Shown: one piece after another, positions 38,171 through 47,621 of the stretch
Layout of the letters: every line of letters starts with the position of its first letter
Position numbering within the stretch: the stretch's first letter is position 1
Origin: Nanobdellota archaeon
GTDB taxonomy: Archaea > Nanobdellota > Nanobdellia > Pacearchaeales > GW2011-AR1
DNA length: 64,000 bases
Reading direction: 5' to 3'
NCBI GenBank assembly: GCA_038045265.1
Contig: JBBSYL010000010.1
Span: 582 to 64,581 of the forward strand
The notes under the pieces: generated by a model
Database searches by the model: none
Told to the model about the DNA's origin: nothing
Seen by the model: the letters and a program-made list of their open reading frames with translations, nothing else
Program-made: the position numbers and the translations under genes

Positions 38171-38911
38171 TTAAAGTCGCTTTCTAGAAAGAAAAATTAT
38201 AACAATTATACAGAAAGCAGCAAAGGCATAGGAAATCCACAAACGCATTCTTGCCTCTTTAGAAGTAAAAGTCAGGGTTTTGGCTTCTTTTTTCTCAGAA
38301 TTTTTTGAGTTTAGTAAGATTACTCCATTGTCTTCCTCTTGCTCGGGAGTTTTTTGTGTACTAACTTCTCTTGTTGAATTGGGGCTTGGTAAAACAACAT
38401 TGTCTTCCGGATTTCCTGCAGATCCCTCATTAGAACCTTGATCTTCTTCTGTTTCCTGAGAGGTCTCCTCCTCAGAAACATTGGAGGGAGGGTTAAAAAC
38501 TGAATTTTCTCCACAAGAATTTTCTGAATTCTTAGTTTCTTGCTCAAAAACCCAGGCTTCATTGCAGAAGTTCCAGGTCAAATTATCATTCTTTGCGTCG
38601 TCTAGGCTTGAAGTTTGGTGAACTATGCCGGAAGCATTTTTTATATAAATGACCGCATCTGAATTGTCTATCCATTGCTTTTCAAGTTGAACGATAAGAT
38701 ATCTCTCTATGTTTCCTGAGAGATTTATTATATCTCCGTCTTCATTTTCTAAGAAATAAGCGTTTAGATTTACTGTAAATTCGGAATAAAGTTCTATCCA
38801 TTCTTCTCCAGAATCTGCGCCTGGGGGATTAGATTCTACTTCTGAAATTATTAATGCATTTGCAAATGAAATAAAAAAGATAAAAATAAAGCTAATAGCC
38901 GTAGCTTTCAT
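38171..38911 (-). CDS. Lamin-tail-domain surface protein
   Basis: Signal peptide, IISEVESNPPGADSGEEWIELY, C-terminal TM. Confidence 0.82.
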   Translation of the reverse strand: MKATAISFIFIFFISFANALIISEVESNPPGADSGEEWIELYSEFTVNLNAYFLENEDGDIINLSGNIERYLIVQLEKQWIDNSDAVIYIKNASGIVHQTSSLDDAKNDNLTWNFCNEAWVFEQETKNSENSCGENSVFNPPSNVSEEETSQETEEDQGSNEGSAGNPEDNVVLPSPNSTREVSTQKTPEQEEDNGVILLNSKNSEKKEAKTLTFTSKEARMRLWISYAFAAFCIIVIIFLSRKRL

Positions 38912-39635
38912 GAAATACAATATTATTTTCAGAGTCGAATAGATAAATGGTGTCTCGGTCATTATTCCATATGCTTGTTTTGGAGTTCCAAAATATATCT
39001 GTTCTATTGTCATTTCCGCTTCCTGAGTGCAGATTCACCTCGGAATCTAGAAGAATATTAAACTTATATTGTTTTCTGCTTTCGTCTTTTAATATCCATC
39101 CTGAAAGATTAAATGGATTGCATATATTTTTAATTCTGACCATTTCTTCTTCTTCAGATACTTCAACATTTAAACATCCTGAATAATTTGAACTTTTCCA
39201 TATGCCTTTATTCCATTTAACTGCTTCCTTTTCTGCTTTGTCAAAGGCTTCAAGTTCTGACTCTTCCACAAGGAATTTTGAAGCTAAACCTAAAGAGACA
39301 AGTTCTAAATTAAGATATTTTTCATCTTGGGAATAAAGTCTAGCTAGAGTCCGACCATATTTTTCTATGCCTTGTTTCTCAATATAAATATTTTCCTTTT
39401 CATAAATTTTTAGGTAATTAAGGGATTTTATATAAAGGGGGGAAGATTTTTCCGGGGAATTTATATTTACTAACCTTACAATTCTTCCGTCTTCTAACTC
39501 TAATGTGTCTCCATCTATAACTCTTGCTAAAATAACTGATTCTAACTCTCTTTCAGACTCTGAGAAAATGAAAAAGATATTGGAAATTAATACAGTTAAT
39601 GCTAGAGCTATTAAAAAGGATATTTTCTTATTCAA
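38892..39635 (-). CDS. Thermonuclease (SNase) with C-terminal lamin tail domain
   Basis: RVIDGDTL, VRLVNINSPE, KYGRTLA, KGIW; LSGWILKDE...IWNNDRDTIYL. Confidence 0.9.
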   Translation of the reverse strand: MNKKISFLIALALTVLISNIFFIFSESERELESVILARVIDGDTLELEDGRIVRLVNINSPEKSSPLYIKSLNYLKIYEKENIYIEKQGIEKYGRTLARLYSQDEKYLNLELVSLGLASKFLVEESELEAFDKAEKEAVKWNKGIWKSSNYSGCLNVEVSEEEEMVRIKNICNPFNLSGWILKDESRKQYKFNILLDSEVNLHSGSGNDNRTDIFWNSKTSIWNNDRDTIYLFDSENNIVFHESYGY

Positions 39636-40104
39636 TTTTTAATATGTGTGGGTTTACTTTTAATGAAGAGATAAATTTTCTTAAATCGACCTTATGTATT
39701 TCAAGAGTAGATGTATTTATGTTTGGATGAAAACCTGCAATATCTGCGTTCCAAACAACTTCATCAATAATTAAATTTACATCTTTTGCGTAAATCATGG
39801 CAAATATTGAGACTGAACCGGGAGATACGTTTAGATGAAACTTCAGTTCTTCTGGAGAAGCAAAGTGCAGTTTTCCCACATTAAATTCTTTTCTCAAAGA
39901 CTTTATATCTGCTCTTTTATATGCCTCCATAGCAATGAGGTAAAATTTATTTTTGTCATCCTTTAAAAAAAGGCACTTACAATGCAGACCAGGGATGTTG
40001 TTTTTTACTTTAAGAGATTCTTCAACAGTAAAAACTGCTGGATGCTTATGCTCTATAAATTTTATTTTATTTTTCTCTAAAAAGTCAAATAGTGTTTTGT
40101 CCAT
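39628..40104 (-). CDS. YbaK/ProX-family aminoacyl-tRNA deacylase
   Basis: HPAVFTVEE, KCLFLKD, PGSVS, FHPNINT. Confidence 0.9.
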   Translation of the reverse strand: MDKTLFDFLEKNKIKFIEHKHPAVFTVEESLKVKNNIPGLHCKCLFLKDDKNKFYLIAMEAYKRADIKSLRKEFNVGKLHFASPEELKFHLNVSPGSVSIFAMIYAKDVNLIIDEVVWNADIAGFHPNINTSTLEIHKVDLRKFISSLKVNPHILKIE

Positions 40105-40205
40105 GAGATATATATCTATAAATCAGTTATATAATCTCTGTGCTCCCTACAGACATATATAATCTTTTTGCCAAGATTTATATAAAGATATAATCAATAA
40201 AAAAG

Positions 40206-41165
40206 ATGGATGAAAATGAATTTGATTTTATAATAATTGGTGCTGGAGTTGCAGGATTGTCTGCTTCAATGTATGGCGCCAGACTTGGTATGAAAACACT
40301 TTGCCTGGGAGCAACTTTCAGCTCAGAACTTGCAGTAGGGGGAGTCATAACAACAACAAATATTGTAGAAAATTATCCAGGTTTTATCAAACTAAGCGGA
40401 AGTGAACTTGCGGAAGCAATTGAAAAACATGCCAGAAGCTATGATATGGTAACAATAAGGAATGAAAAAGTGGAAAGAGTCGGTGGAAAATTCGGTAAGT
40501 TTTCTATAGAAACTAAAAAAAATAGATACTCTGGAAAAACAATTTTGTTTTCTACAGGAACAAAATGGAAAAAACTAGAAGTTTCAGGAAGCAAGGAATT
40601 TGAGAATAAAGGCGTTGCGTATTGTGCATTGTGTGATGCTCCTCTTTTCAAAAATAAAATAGTTGGTCTTGTCGGAGGTAGTGATAGCGCTGCTAAAGAT
40701 GCACTAGTATTGACAGAACACGCAAAAAAAGTTTATATAATATACCGTGGAGAAAAAATCCATCCGGAAATAATCAATATGAAAAGGGTAGAGGAAAAGA
40801 TAAAACAAAGAAAAATAGAAATCATAAATAATACTAATGTCGTTGAAATAAAGGGAGGGGAATTTTTGGAAAAGGTTGTTTTGGATAGACCTTTTAATGG
40901 AAAAAAAGAGCTAGAGCTGCAGGGATTGTTCATAGCTATAGGACATATAGCATTAACAGAGTTAGCAGAAAAAATTGGAGTGAAACTTGATGAAAAAAAA
41001 GAAATTGTAATTAACCATAAGACAAGTGAAACAAACATAATGGGTGTGTTTGCTGCAGGAGACTGCACGGACAAGCCATTTAAACAGGCAATAACTGGTG
41101 TTGCTGATGGATGTACTGCAGCCTATAGCGCTTTCGAATTAATAACAAAAGACCAAATAGGCTAA
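40206..41165 (+). CDS. trxB: Thioredoxin reductase
   Basis: GAGVAG, VENYPG, CALCD, GGSDSA, FAAGD. Confidence 0.93.
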   Translation: MDENEFDFIIIGAGVAGLSASMYGARLGMKTLCLGATFSSELAVGGVITTTNIVENYPGFIKLSGSELAEAIEKHARSYDMVTIRNEKVERVGGKFGKFSIETKKNRYSGKTILFSTGTKWKKLEVSGSKEFENKGVAYCALCDAPLFKNKIVGLVGGSDSAAKDALVLTEHAKKVYIIYRGEKIHPEIINMKRVEEKIKQRKIEIINNTNVVEIKGGEFLEKVVLDRPFNGKKELELQGLFIAIGHIALTELAEKIGVKLDEKKEIVINHKTSETNIMGVFAAGDCTDKPFKQAITGVADGCTAAYSAFELITKDQIG

Positions 41166-41171
41166 TCAAAA

Positions 41172-41336
41172 AAACGATGTGCCACTCCACCTTAAAAGGT
41201 GGAGTTTGAAGAGGCACTCGTTTCATCAAGGACGTAAGTCCTTGAATGCCATCAAGAATTGAAAATTCTTGAGGTTAGGATGTTCAAGATGCAACCTCAT
41301 CTTAAAAGATGAGGTTTTCTGTCAAGCATCTTGACA
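41172..41336. repeat. Multi-hairpin palindromic intergenic element (REP/PATE-like)
   Basis: actccacct-taaa-aggtggagt; tcaaggac-gtaa-gtccttga; tcaagaatt-gaa-aattcttga; aacctcatct-taaa-agatgaggtt inside tcaagatgc/gcatcttga. Confidence 0.8.
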
Positions 41337-41380
41337 TAAAACTTAATTAAGTTTTTAAAGTCGGATAGGTTTTAAGCTGA

Positions 41381-41863
41381 ATGAAGAGAAAAGGTTTATC
41401 TCCCGTTATTGCTACTGTCCTCCTTATTGCAATAGTGTTGCTTTTAGCGGCAATCATTTTCTTATGGGCGCGGGGCCTTCTTACTGAAAGAAATCAAAAA
41501 TTTGATGAACCTGTAGAAAATGCATGCGGAGATGTAAACTTCGAAGCTGAAGCATATTTTGATTCTGATAAATACACTTTAGGGGTAGTCAACAAAGGAA
41601 CCGTCCCAATATATAGTATAGAACTTAAAATAAGAAGAGATGGTGCGATAAGAGATCTTAAGGTATTATCTTTGGAAGATGGAAAATATGGTACAATAAG
41701 ATCTGGGGAATCTAAGCTTATAGATTTAGGAAATGAGGGGGATATTGAAGTAGGGGATGAGCTTGAAGTTATACCAATAATACTTGGGCAGAAAGGAGGA
41801 GTCAAAACACCTTTCCCATGTGAATCTGATCAGGGTCAGAGAATTAATATAAAATCAGAGTGA
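41381..41863 (+). CDS. Type IV pilin/archaellin-like protein
   Basis: Class III signal peptide KRKG|LSPVIATVLLIAI. Confidence 0.9.
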   Translation: MKRKGLSPVIATVLLIAIVLLLAAIIFLWARGLLTERNQKFDEPVENACGDVNFEAEAYFDSDKYTLGVVNKGTVPIYSIELKIRRDGAIRDLKVLSLEDGKYGTIRSGESKLIDLGNEGDIEVGDELEVIPIILGQKGGVKTPFPCESDQGQRINIKSE

Positions 41864-41864
41864 A

Positions 41865-42365
41865 ATGGAAAGAAAAGGATTATCTGCTATTGTTGCAACT
41901 GTTATGATTATAGCTTTGACAGTCGCCGCTGCAGGGATAATAGCTAAATTTGCGATACCTTTTGTCAAAGGAGGCTTAGAAAGTAGTACAGAATGTGTGG
42001 ATTATCAAGAATATTTTAAATTTGATGAATCTCTTGGATTTAACTGTTTTGAACCAGATGAAAACTTAATTCTCTCTGTAAGGGCCAGCAATAATGTGGG
42101 GGGCGATGATAAGATTAAGGGTTTTAATCTTGTTCTATTTGGAGACGGTTTTTCTAAAGTTATTTCTTTAGAGAATAATTTGCAGATAAATGATTTAACA
42201 ATGTACTCTGGAAACGTAATAGAAATTCCTTCTCCTGGAGAAACATTTAGTTATAATTATACCGAAAGAGGAATTTATAATTTTGCAGAATTGTTTCCTG
42301 TATTGAAAACGGGAAAGGTATGCGAAAGAAGGTCTGATAGAATTTCCCTCAGGAGATGCGGATGA
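41865..42365 (+). CDS. Type IV pilin-like protein
   Basis: RKG|LSAIVATVMIIAL. Confidence 0.9.
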   Translation: MERKGLSAIVATVMIIALTVAAAGIIAKFAIPFVKGGLESSTECVDYQEYFKFDESLGFNCFEPDENLILSVRASNNVGGDDKIKGFNLVLFGDGFSKVISLENNLQINDLTMYSGNVIEIPSPGETFSYNYTERGIYNFAELFPVLKTGKVCERRSDRISLRRCG

Positions 42366-42907
42366 CGAGAAGAGGGCAGGTTTGGATAGAGACTGTGCTT
42401 TATACTTTGATAGGGCTTGCACTGATTGGAATGGTGTTGGCATTTGCTCTTCCAAAAATAAATCAAACAAGAGATGAAATAATAGTAGATCAGACCATAG
42501 AATCCTTGAAAGAGCTGGATAACTTGATAAATGGTGTTGCTGATCAGGGCCCTGGAAACAGGAGAACGTATGAAATAGGCATCAAAAGAGGTAGCTTAAC
42601 CTTTAATTCTGAAGAAGATATAATTGAATTCAGAATAAAAGACTTGGCGGACCTTTACTCTGAAGAAGGTATAGAAATAGAAAATGGGAGAGTAAAAATA
42701 CTGTCCTCTTCCGGACAAAAGGACAAAGAAATTCTTCTTTCTCTAGACTATGAAAATAAAATAAACATTAGCTATGCTGGAAGAGATGAAATTAAGGAAT
42801 TTAGTGCGGCTCCAATACCATATAAACTTTCTGTAACCAATGAAAGACAAGTTGTCGGAGAGCTCGTTAATATAAATATAGAGGCCATATCTGGAAGCTC
42901 CAATTAA
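42362..42907 (+). CDS. Type IV pilin-like protein
   Basis: RRG|QVWIETVLYTLIG with E at +5. Confidence 0.85.
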   Translation: MTRRGQVWIETVLYTLIGLALIGMVLAFALPKINQTRDEIIVDQTIESLKELDNLINGVADQGPGNRRTYEIGIKRGSLTFNSEEDIIEFRIKDLADLYSEEGIEIENGRVKILSSSGQKDKEILLSLDYENKINISYAGRDEIKEFSAAPIPYKLSVTNERQVVGELVNINIEAISGSSN

Positions 42908-42944
42908 CGGCATAATTTAAATAGATAATTGCATAAACAATGTT

Positions 42945-44471
42945 ATGGACCTTGTCATAAATCTCAAACCTCCCATACCTGCTCTTCCAAGAGTAACAGA
43001 CAAAAGTAAGGTAGATATTAGATATGTTTTGATTGCCCCCTACGCTGTAGCCCATATATATTGGGATGAAAAAACTTCTGAATTAGTTTATGAACTTGAA
43101 GAGCCCTTGCTTAACGAGCCAGAAAAGGCTATACTTGACAAGATTGAAGAAGGAATGCTCGAACTCATAAATGTTAATGTGGCTGTTGAGAAGACTTTAG
43201 AAGCAACAACAAATTATATAGACAAAACTGCAAGGCTTTTGATTGACGAATTTAATATAAAAATGTCTGAAGAGGGCTATCAAAAAATATTTTATTATCT
43301 TTACAGAGATTTTATTGGCTTAAATGAGATAGAACCCATCCTTAATGATTATTATATAGAAGATATAGAATGTAATGGTGTTGGAACAAGTGTGTATGTT
43401 ATACACAGAATATATAGGAATCTAAGAACAAATATACTTTATTCTGATGTAGATAAACTCGCAAATTTTGTTGAGAAGCTTGCGCAAAGGACTGGAAGAT
43501 ATATTTCCTATGCCCAGCCCCTACTAGATGGCAGTCTACCAGATGGAAGTAGAGTCAATGCAAGTTACACAAAAGATGTTACCTCTAAAGGTCCAACTTT
43601 TACAATACGTAAATTTACAAAAGTTCCTTGGACACCAATACAACTTATTGGACTTGGAACTGTGAGTCCCGAGATGCTTGCTTATTTCTGGATACTTCTC
43701 GAATACAAGTCTAGTTTTATGATAACTGGAGGTACTGGAACTGGTAAGACAACATTGCTTAATGCACTTGCCTTCTTCATTCCTCCCGAAGCGAGAGTTG
43801 TTAGTATTGAAGACACAAGAGAAATAAATTTGCCAAGAGAAAACTGGCTTCCAGCAGTTGCAAGACCAAGCATCGGAATAGGAAATGTTGGTGAAGTAGA
43901 TCTTTTCTCCCTATTGAAAAGCTCATTCAGACAGAATCCGGACTATTTAATAGTGGGAGAAGTAAGAGGAAAAGAAGCTTATGTCTTATTCCAAGGAATG
44001 GCTTCTGGTCATGCCTCTTTGAGTACAATGCACGCCGATTCTGTAGAGACATTGATAAGAAGGTTACAAACACCTCCGATAGAACTTCCGCCGAGCCTTG
44101 TTAACACATTAGACTGTGTTGCAGTAATAAGTCATGGATTGGTTAATAATAGGGATATAAGAAAAGTCAGAGAGATTGTTGAAATTATAAATGTAAATAA
44201 TGACGGTACAGCGATGGTTAATACTCCAATGGTTTGGGATCCAGCAAAAAATGTATTTTACTTCAAAAAGCAAAGCAAAGTCTTTGAGAAAATTGCATTA
44301 AAGCATGGAGTAGCACTTGAAAAAATAAGGAGGGAACTTCTTGCAAGAAGTAAACTCCTTTATGAATTATATAGGAATAAAATATTTGATTTTTATGAAG
44401 TAGGAAAAATAATCAATGAGTATTATAAAAATCCTGCAGAGGTCCTTACAAAATACGATATAAAAGAGTAA
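42945..44471 (+). CDS. Type IV pilus assembly ATPase (PilB/FlaI/VirB11 family)
   Basis: GGTGTGKTT, SIEDTRE, RQNPDYLIVGEVRG, STMHA. Confidence 0.95.
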   Translation: MDLVINLKPPIPALPRVTDKSKVDIRYVLIAPYAVAHIYWDEKTSELVYELEEPLLNEPEKAILDKIEEGMLELINVNVAVEKTLEATTNYIDKTARLLIDEFNIKMSEEGYQKIFYYLYRDFIGLNEIEPILNDYYIEDIECNGVGTSVYVIHRIYRNLRTNILYSDVDKLANFVEKLAQRTGRYISYAQPLLDGSLPDGSRVNASYTKDVTSKGPTFTIRKFTKVPWTPIQLIGLGTVSPEMLAYFWILLEYKSSFMITGGTGTGKTTLLNALAFFIPPEARVVSIEDTREINLPRENWLPAVARPSIGIGNVGEVDLFSLLKSSFRQNPDYLIVGEVRGKEAYVLFQGMASGHASLSTMHADSVETLIRRLQTPPIELPPSLVNTLDCVAVISHGLVNNRDIRKVREIVEIINVNNDGTAMVNTPMVWDPAKNVFYFKKQSKVFEKIALKHGVALEKIRRELLARSKLLYELYRNKIFDFYEVGKIINEYYKNPAEVLTKYDIKE

Positions 44472-44513
44472 GGTCTATGAAAACTATATAAATATGGTGT
44501 CTAATTTATATTA

Positions 44514-44675
44514 ATGGAAAAAGAGGATGTAATATCGCTTGCTCACCTCCTGTCTGCTATGAAAGATTCTGCTATAAAGCTTGAAGAAGCGGTGAAAAAG
44601 AAAGATGCTGAAAAAATTACTGAAATAAAAAGAGAAATACTCAGATTTCAAAAAGACGTAGAGAGGGTTATATGA
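44514..44675 (+). CDS. Small helical protein (53 aa), absent from the ORF track
   Basis: MEKEDVISLAHLLSAMKDSAIKLEEAVKKKDAEKITEIKREILRFQKDVERVI*; ATGA overlap with next gene; TATA-like element upstream. Confidence 0.7.
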   Translation: MEKEDVISLAHLLSAMKDSAIKLEEAVKKKDAEKITEIKREILRFQKDVERVI

Positions 44676-45967
44676 TAGAGGAACTTTTGAAAAATATAGA
44701 TAATGAAATAGACATACTTAAGGAAATAGCCTTGTATAATAATAAATTATCTGAAGCGAATCAGCGAGAGAGAAAAATACTTCTTGCGGCAATAAGCTCC
44801 TTGAGAGAAGGAATAAGAATATTAAATGCTTCCGTTCCGAAAATAATGCAGGGTATATCTTTGGCTAAGAAATTGCCTGGAAAACACGAAAGCGGTTTGG
44901 AAAGAATATCTTTTAAGAGAAATGAAAAGGGAATGGATGCTGTCTTAAGAAGCGAAGATAAAGAAAGATTCTTATCTGAACTAAGAATAAATAACGAGGC
45001 GCTGGAAAAGTTGGGGGGAGAAAAACAAGAACAAGAAGTATCTTATGCCAAATTCAAAGGTTCAAACTTTTATCTTAAAGCATCAAATAGAATGTTTGTC
45101 GGACTTGCCAGAAACATGATAAAGCGGGGAAAATTCAAAACACTTGCTACGACCCTTAAAAAATCAAATTTAGACATTTTATTTGAAAGCTATGTTTCTG
45201 CAATTTTCTTTACAACTTTTCTTGCTGTATGCTTTTCGGCCGTACTCTATGTCCTTCTTATATTCTTAGACTTCAGTGTGAGCGCGCCATTTATTCAAAT
45301 ATATTCTGATACACATTTGAAAAGAGTAGGAAGCTTAATATGGGTGCCTTTGATCATTCCAATTCTTTTCTTTCTAGGTTCTTATTTCTACCCTTCAACT
45401 GAGAGGGGGAGTATAGAAAGAAGAATAGATCAAGAGCTCCCATTTGCTGTCGTCCATATGAGCGCAATATCCGGCTCCGGGATAGAACCAACCAGCATCT
45501 TTAAGATAATTGTTCTTGGAAAAGAATATCCTTATCTTAAGAAAGAAGTAAGAAAAATCCTTAATCAAATAAATCTTTATGGTTATGACCTGGTTACCGC
45601 ACTTAACAATGTTGCCAAAAATTCACCAAGCAAGAAACTGTCTGAGTTGCTTTCTGGGATGGCTTCTACAATAACTTCTGGGGGGAGCCTATCTAATTTC
45701 TTTGAAAAAAGAGCTGAAACATTATTGCTTAATTATAGACTCGAAAGAGAAAAATTCACCAAATCTGCTGAAACTTTCATGGACCTCTATATAACTGTGG
45801 TAATCGTAGCGCCCATGATCCTCCTACTTATTTTCATACTTCTCTCGATAAGCGAGTTTGGGCCAAGTATCTCTCCAGGATATATTGCATTTATGATAAT
45901 TGCTATAATCACTTTAATCAATATTATATTCCTTGGAATAATTCATATTAAACAACCTGCATACTAA
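44672..45967 (+). CDS. Type IV pilus membrane platform protein (TadC/PilC/GspF)
   Basis: IDQELPFAVVHMSAISGSG, GYDLVTAL, SPSKKLSELL, TMs. Confidence 0.92.
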   Translation: MIEELLKNIDNEIDILKEIALYNNKLSEANQRERKILLAAISSLREGIRILNASVPKIMQGISLAKKLPGKHESGLERISFKRNEKGMDAVLRSEDKERFLSELRINNEALEKLGGEKQEQEVSYAKFKGSNFYLKASNRMFVGLARNMIKRGKFKTLATTLKKSNLDILFESYVSAIFFTTFLAVCFSAVLYVLLIFLDFSVSAPFIQIYSDTHLKRVGSLIWVPLIIPILFFLGSYFYPSTERGSIERRIDQELPFAVVHMSAISGSGIEPTSIFKIIVLGKEYPYLKKEVRKILNQINLYGYDLVTALNNVAKNSPSKKLSELLSGMASTITSGGSLSNFFEKRAETLLLNYRLEREKFTKSAETFMDLYITVVIVAPMILLLIFILLSISEFGPSISPGYIAFMIIAIITLINIIFLGIIHIKQPAY

Positions 45968-45968
45968 A

Positions 45969-46823
45969 ATGAAAATAAAAAAAGTTCACTGGATAGGAAT
46001 TGGATTCGGCTTAATACTCATAGTCGCAGGTTTAATCTTTTTTCTTAGTAATGAAGAAAAAAACTTGCTATTCTTTATAATCGGATTGGGAATAACTGTA
46101 GGAATACTTCCATTTATTGTGGATGTAATTGTTCAAAACAAGAAAGCGCAGGAGATAAATGAAATGTTTCTTGAATTTTCTAGAAATCTCGCTGAAAGTG
46201 TTGCAACAGGGACACCTATAAGTAAGAGCATAATTAATTTGAGTAGAAGGAATTATGGCCCTCTAACAGAACACATAGAAAAGTTGGGCAATCAAATTTC
46301 ACTTGGAATTCCTCTAAGTAAAGCTTTATTTATTTTTGCAAGAGATGTAGATAATAATGTTATAAGTAGAGCAGTCTCCCTTATGAGTGAAGCAGAAAAG
46401 GCAGGCGGAGAGATTGCCGCGATATTAAATTCTGTTTCTCTATCTATAGCCGAGATAGAAAAGTTGAAGAGTGAAAGAAAAGCAGCCATATCTGGCCTAA
46501 TAGTTCAAGGATATATAATATTCTTTATATTTATTGGCATAATGCTTATAATGGAATTTAAAATTTTGCCTTTAGCTTTGCAGATAGATACGTTGAGCGG
46601 ATTAAGCCATGGATCTGTAAGTGCTACCGCATCGCCAGGTCAAGGCAATGCAGGGGAATCACTGCCCAATCTGTTTCTCTATCTATTGCTTGTTCAGGGA
46701 TTCTTTACAGGATTTGCAATAGGGAAACTGGCCGAGGGTTCTTTAAAGGCGGGAATAAAGCATTCTTTCATAATGATCGTATCTGCTCTGCTTATTTCTA
46801 CGGGAGTCAGGGCATTTATTTAG
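45969..46823 (+). CDS. Second TadC/GspF membrane platform protein
   Basis: FSRNLAESVATG, YGPL, LGIPL, AEKAGG, LKAGIKHS. Confidence 0.92.
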   Translation: MKIKKVHWIGIGFGLILIVAGLIFFLSNEEKNLLFFIIGLGITVGILPFIVDVIVQNKKAQEINEMFLEFSRNLAESVATGTPISKSIINLSRRNYGPLTEHIEKLGNQISLGIPLSKALFIFARDVDNNVISRAVSLMSEAEKAGGEIAAILNSVSLSIAEIEKLKSERKAAISGLIVQGYIIFFIFIGIMLIMEFKILPLALQIDTLSGLSHGSVSATASPGQGNAGESLPNLFLYLLLVQGFFTGFAIGKLAEGSLKAGIKHSFIMIVSALLISTGVRAFI

Positions 46824-47571
46824 TTACAAGGTAAAATAACTCATTATCCGATCTAAAAATTTTAAACTTGTATTCGAGTCTTGAAAGCATTTTTTCAAAC
46901 CAAGTCCTGTTTGGAAACTCCATCTTTTTACCCGAGATCTTTCTTGTTGGGAAACTAACTAGGATAAATTTGCACTTTACAATTTTTATTATTTTTTCAG
47001 CAAGTTTATGGCCTTTCTTTTCTATTATATCTAAAACCTTAAAGATTAAAACCAAATCTACTGTGGGCAAGGAATTATCTATTTTTCTTAAGTCGTATAT
47101 AAATGTTTTTCCTCTTATTTTATTTTCTTCGAAAAAGGAAGATACTAAAGAAAGATCTGAACTATTTATATCGGAGGCATAATATTGTATTTCTGGTTTT
47201 GCTAGTGCGATAGGATTGAGTCCACATCCCAGATCAAGTATAGAAGAAATCTGCAGGGAGTCAATTATCTTTTTAAGTTCTGGATAGAAATTGGCCCTTT
47301 CTGATGTAGAAAGGTGGTTCTTAAGAATATTGTCCTTGTTTCCAGATATGTCTGAAGATTTCCTGAATCTTCCAATATAACTCCTAAGATTATGTCTTAT
47401 CTCTTTTATGAGGACCTTTTTGTCTTTCTGGTTTAAATCTTCAAAATTTATTTTTTTGTTCTGCATAGATTCTGTAAGTAAGACCCTTACAAAATCTGAA
47501 TCTGCTCCAGATAACTCTTTCTTTTTCTTTATTTCAAAAATAAATTCATCAATTTTATCCATGCTTTTCAT
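46816..47571 (-). CDS. SAM-dependent methyltransferase resembling 16S rRNA m7G1405 methyltransferases (ArmA/Rmt/FmrO family)
   Basis: HLSTSER, ILDLGCGLNP, ASDI, DLVLIFKVLDIIE, VSFPTRKISG, NELFYL. Confidence 0.75.
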   Translation of the reverse strand: MKSMDKIDEFIFEIKKKKELSGADSDFVRVLLTESMQNKKINFEDLNQKDKKVLIKEIRHNLRSYIGRFRKSSDISGNKDNILKNHLSTSERANFYPELKKIIDSLQISSILDLGCGLNPIALAKPEIQYYASDINSSDLSLVSSFFEENKIRGKTFIYDLRKIDNSLPTVDLVLIFKVLDIIEKKGHKLAEKIIKIVKCKFILVSFPTRKISGKKMEFPNRTWFEKMLSRLEYKFKIFRSDNELFYLVTK

Positions 47572-47621
47572 TTAATAAATAGCATGAGAAGTTATATAAA
47601 TTTACTATTCCAGAGTCTTCC

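Noticed and set aside
41172..41336. Simple intrinsic terminator or tRNA
   Set aside because: Four or more hairpins in symmetric arrangement, no cloverleaf consensus; more complex than a terminator
41381..46823. Archaellum operon
   Set aside because: No FlaH, FlaC/D/E or FlaF/G homologs; two TadC genes indicate a pilus
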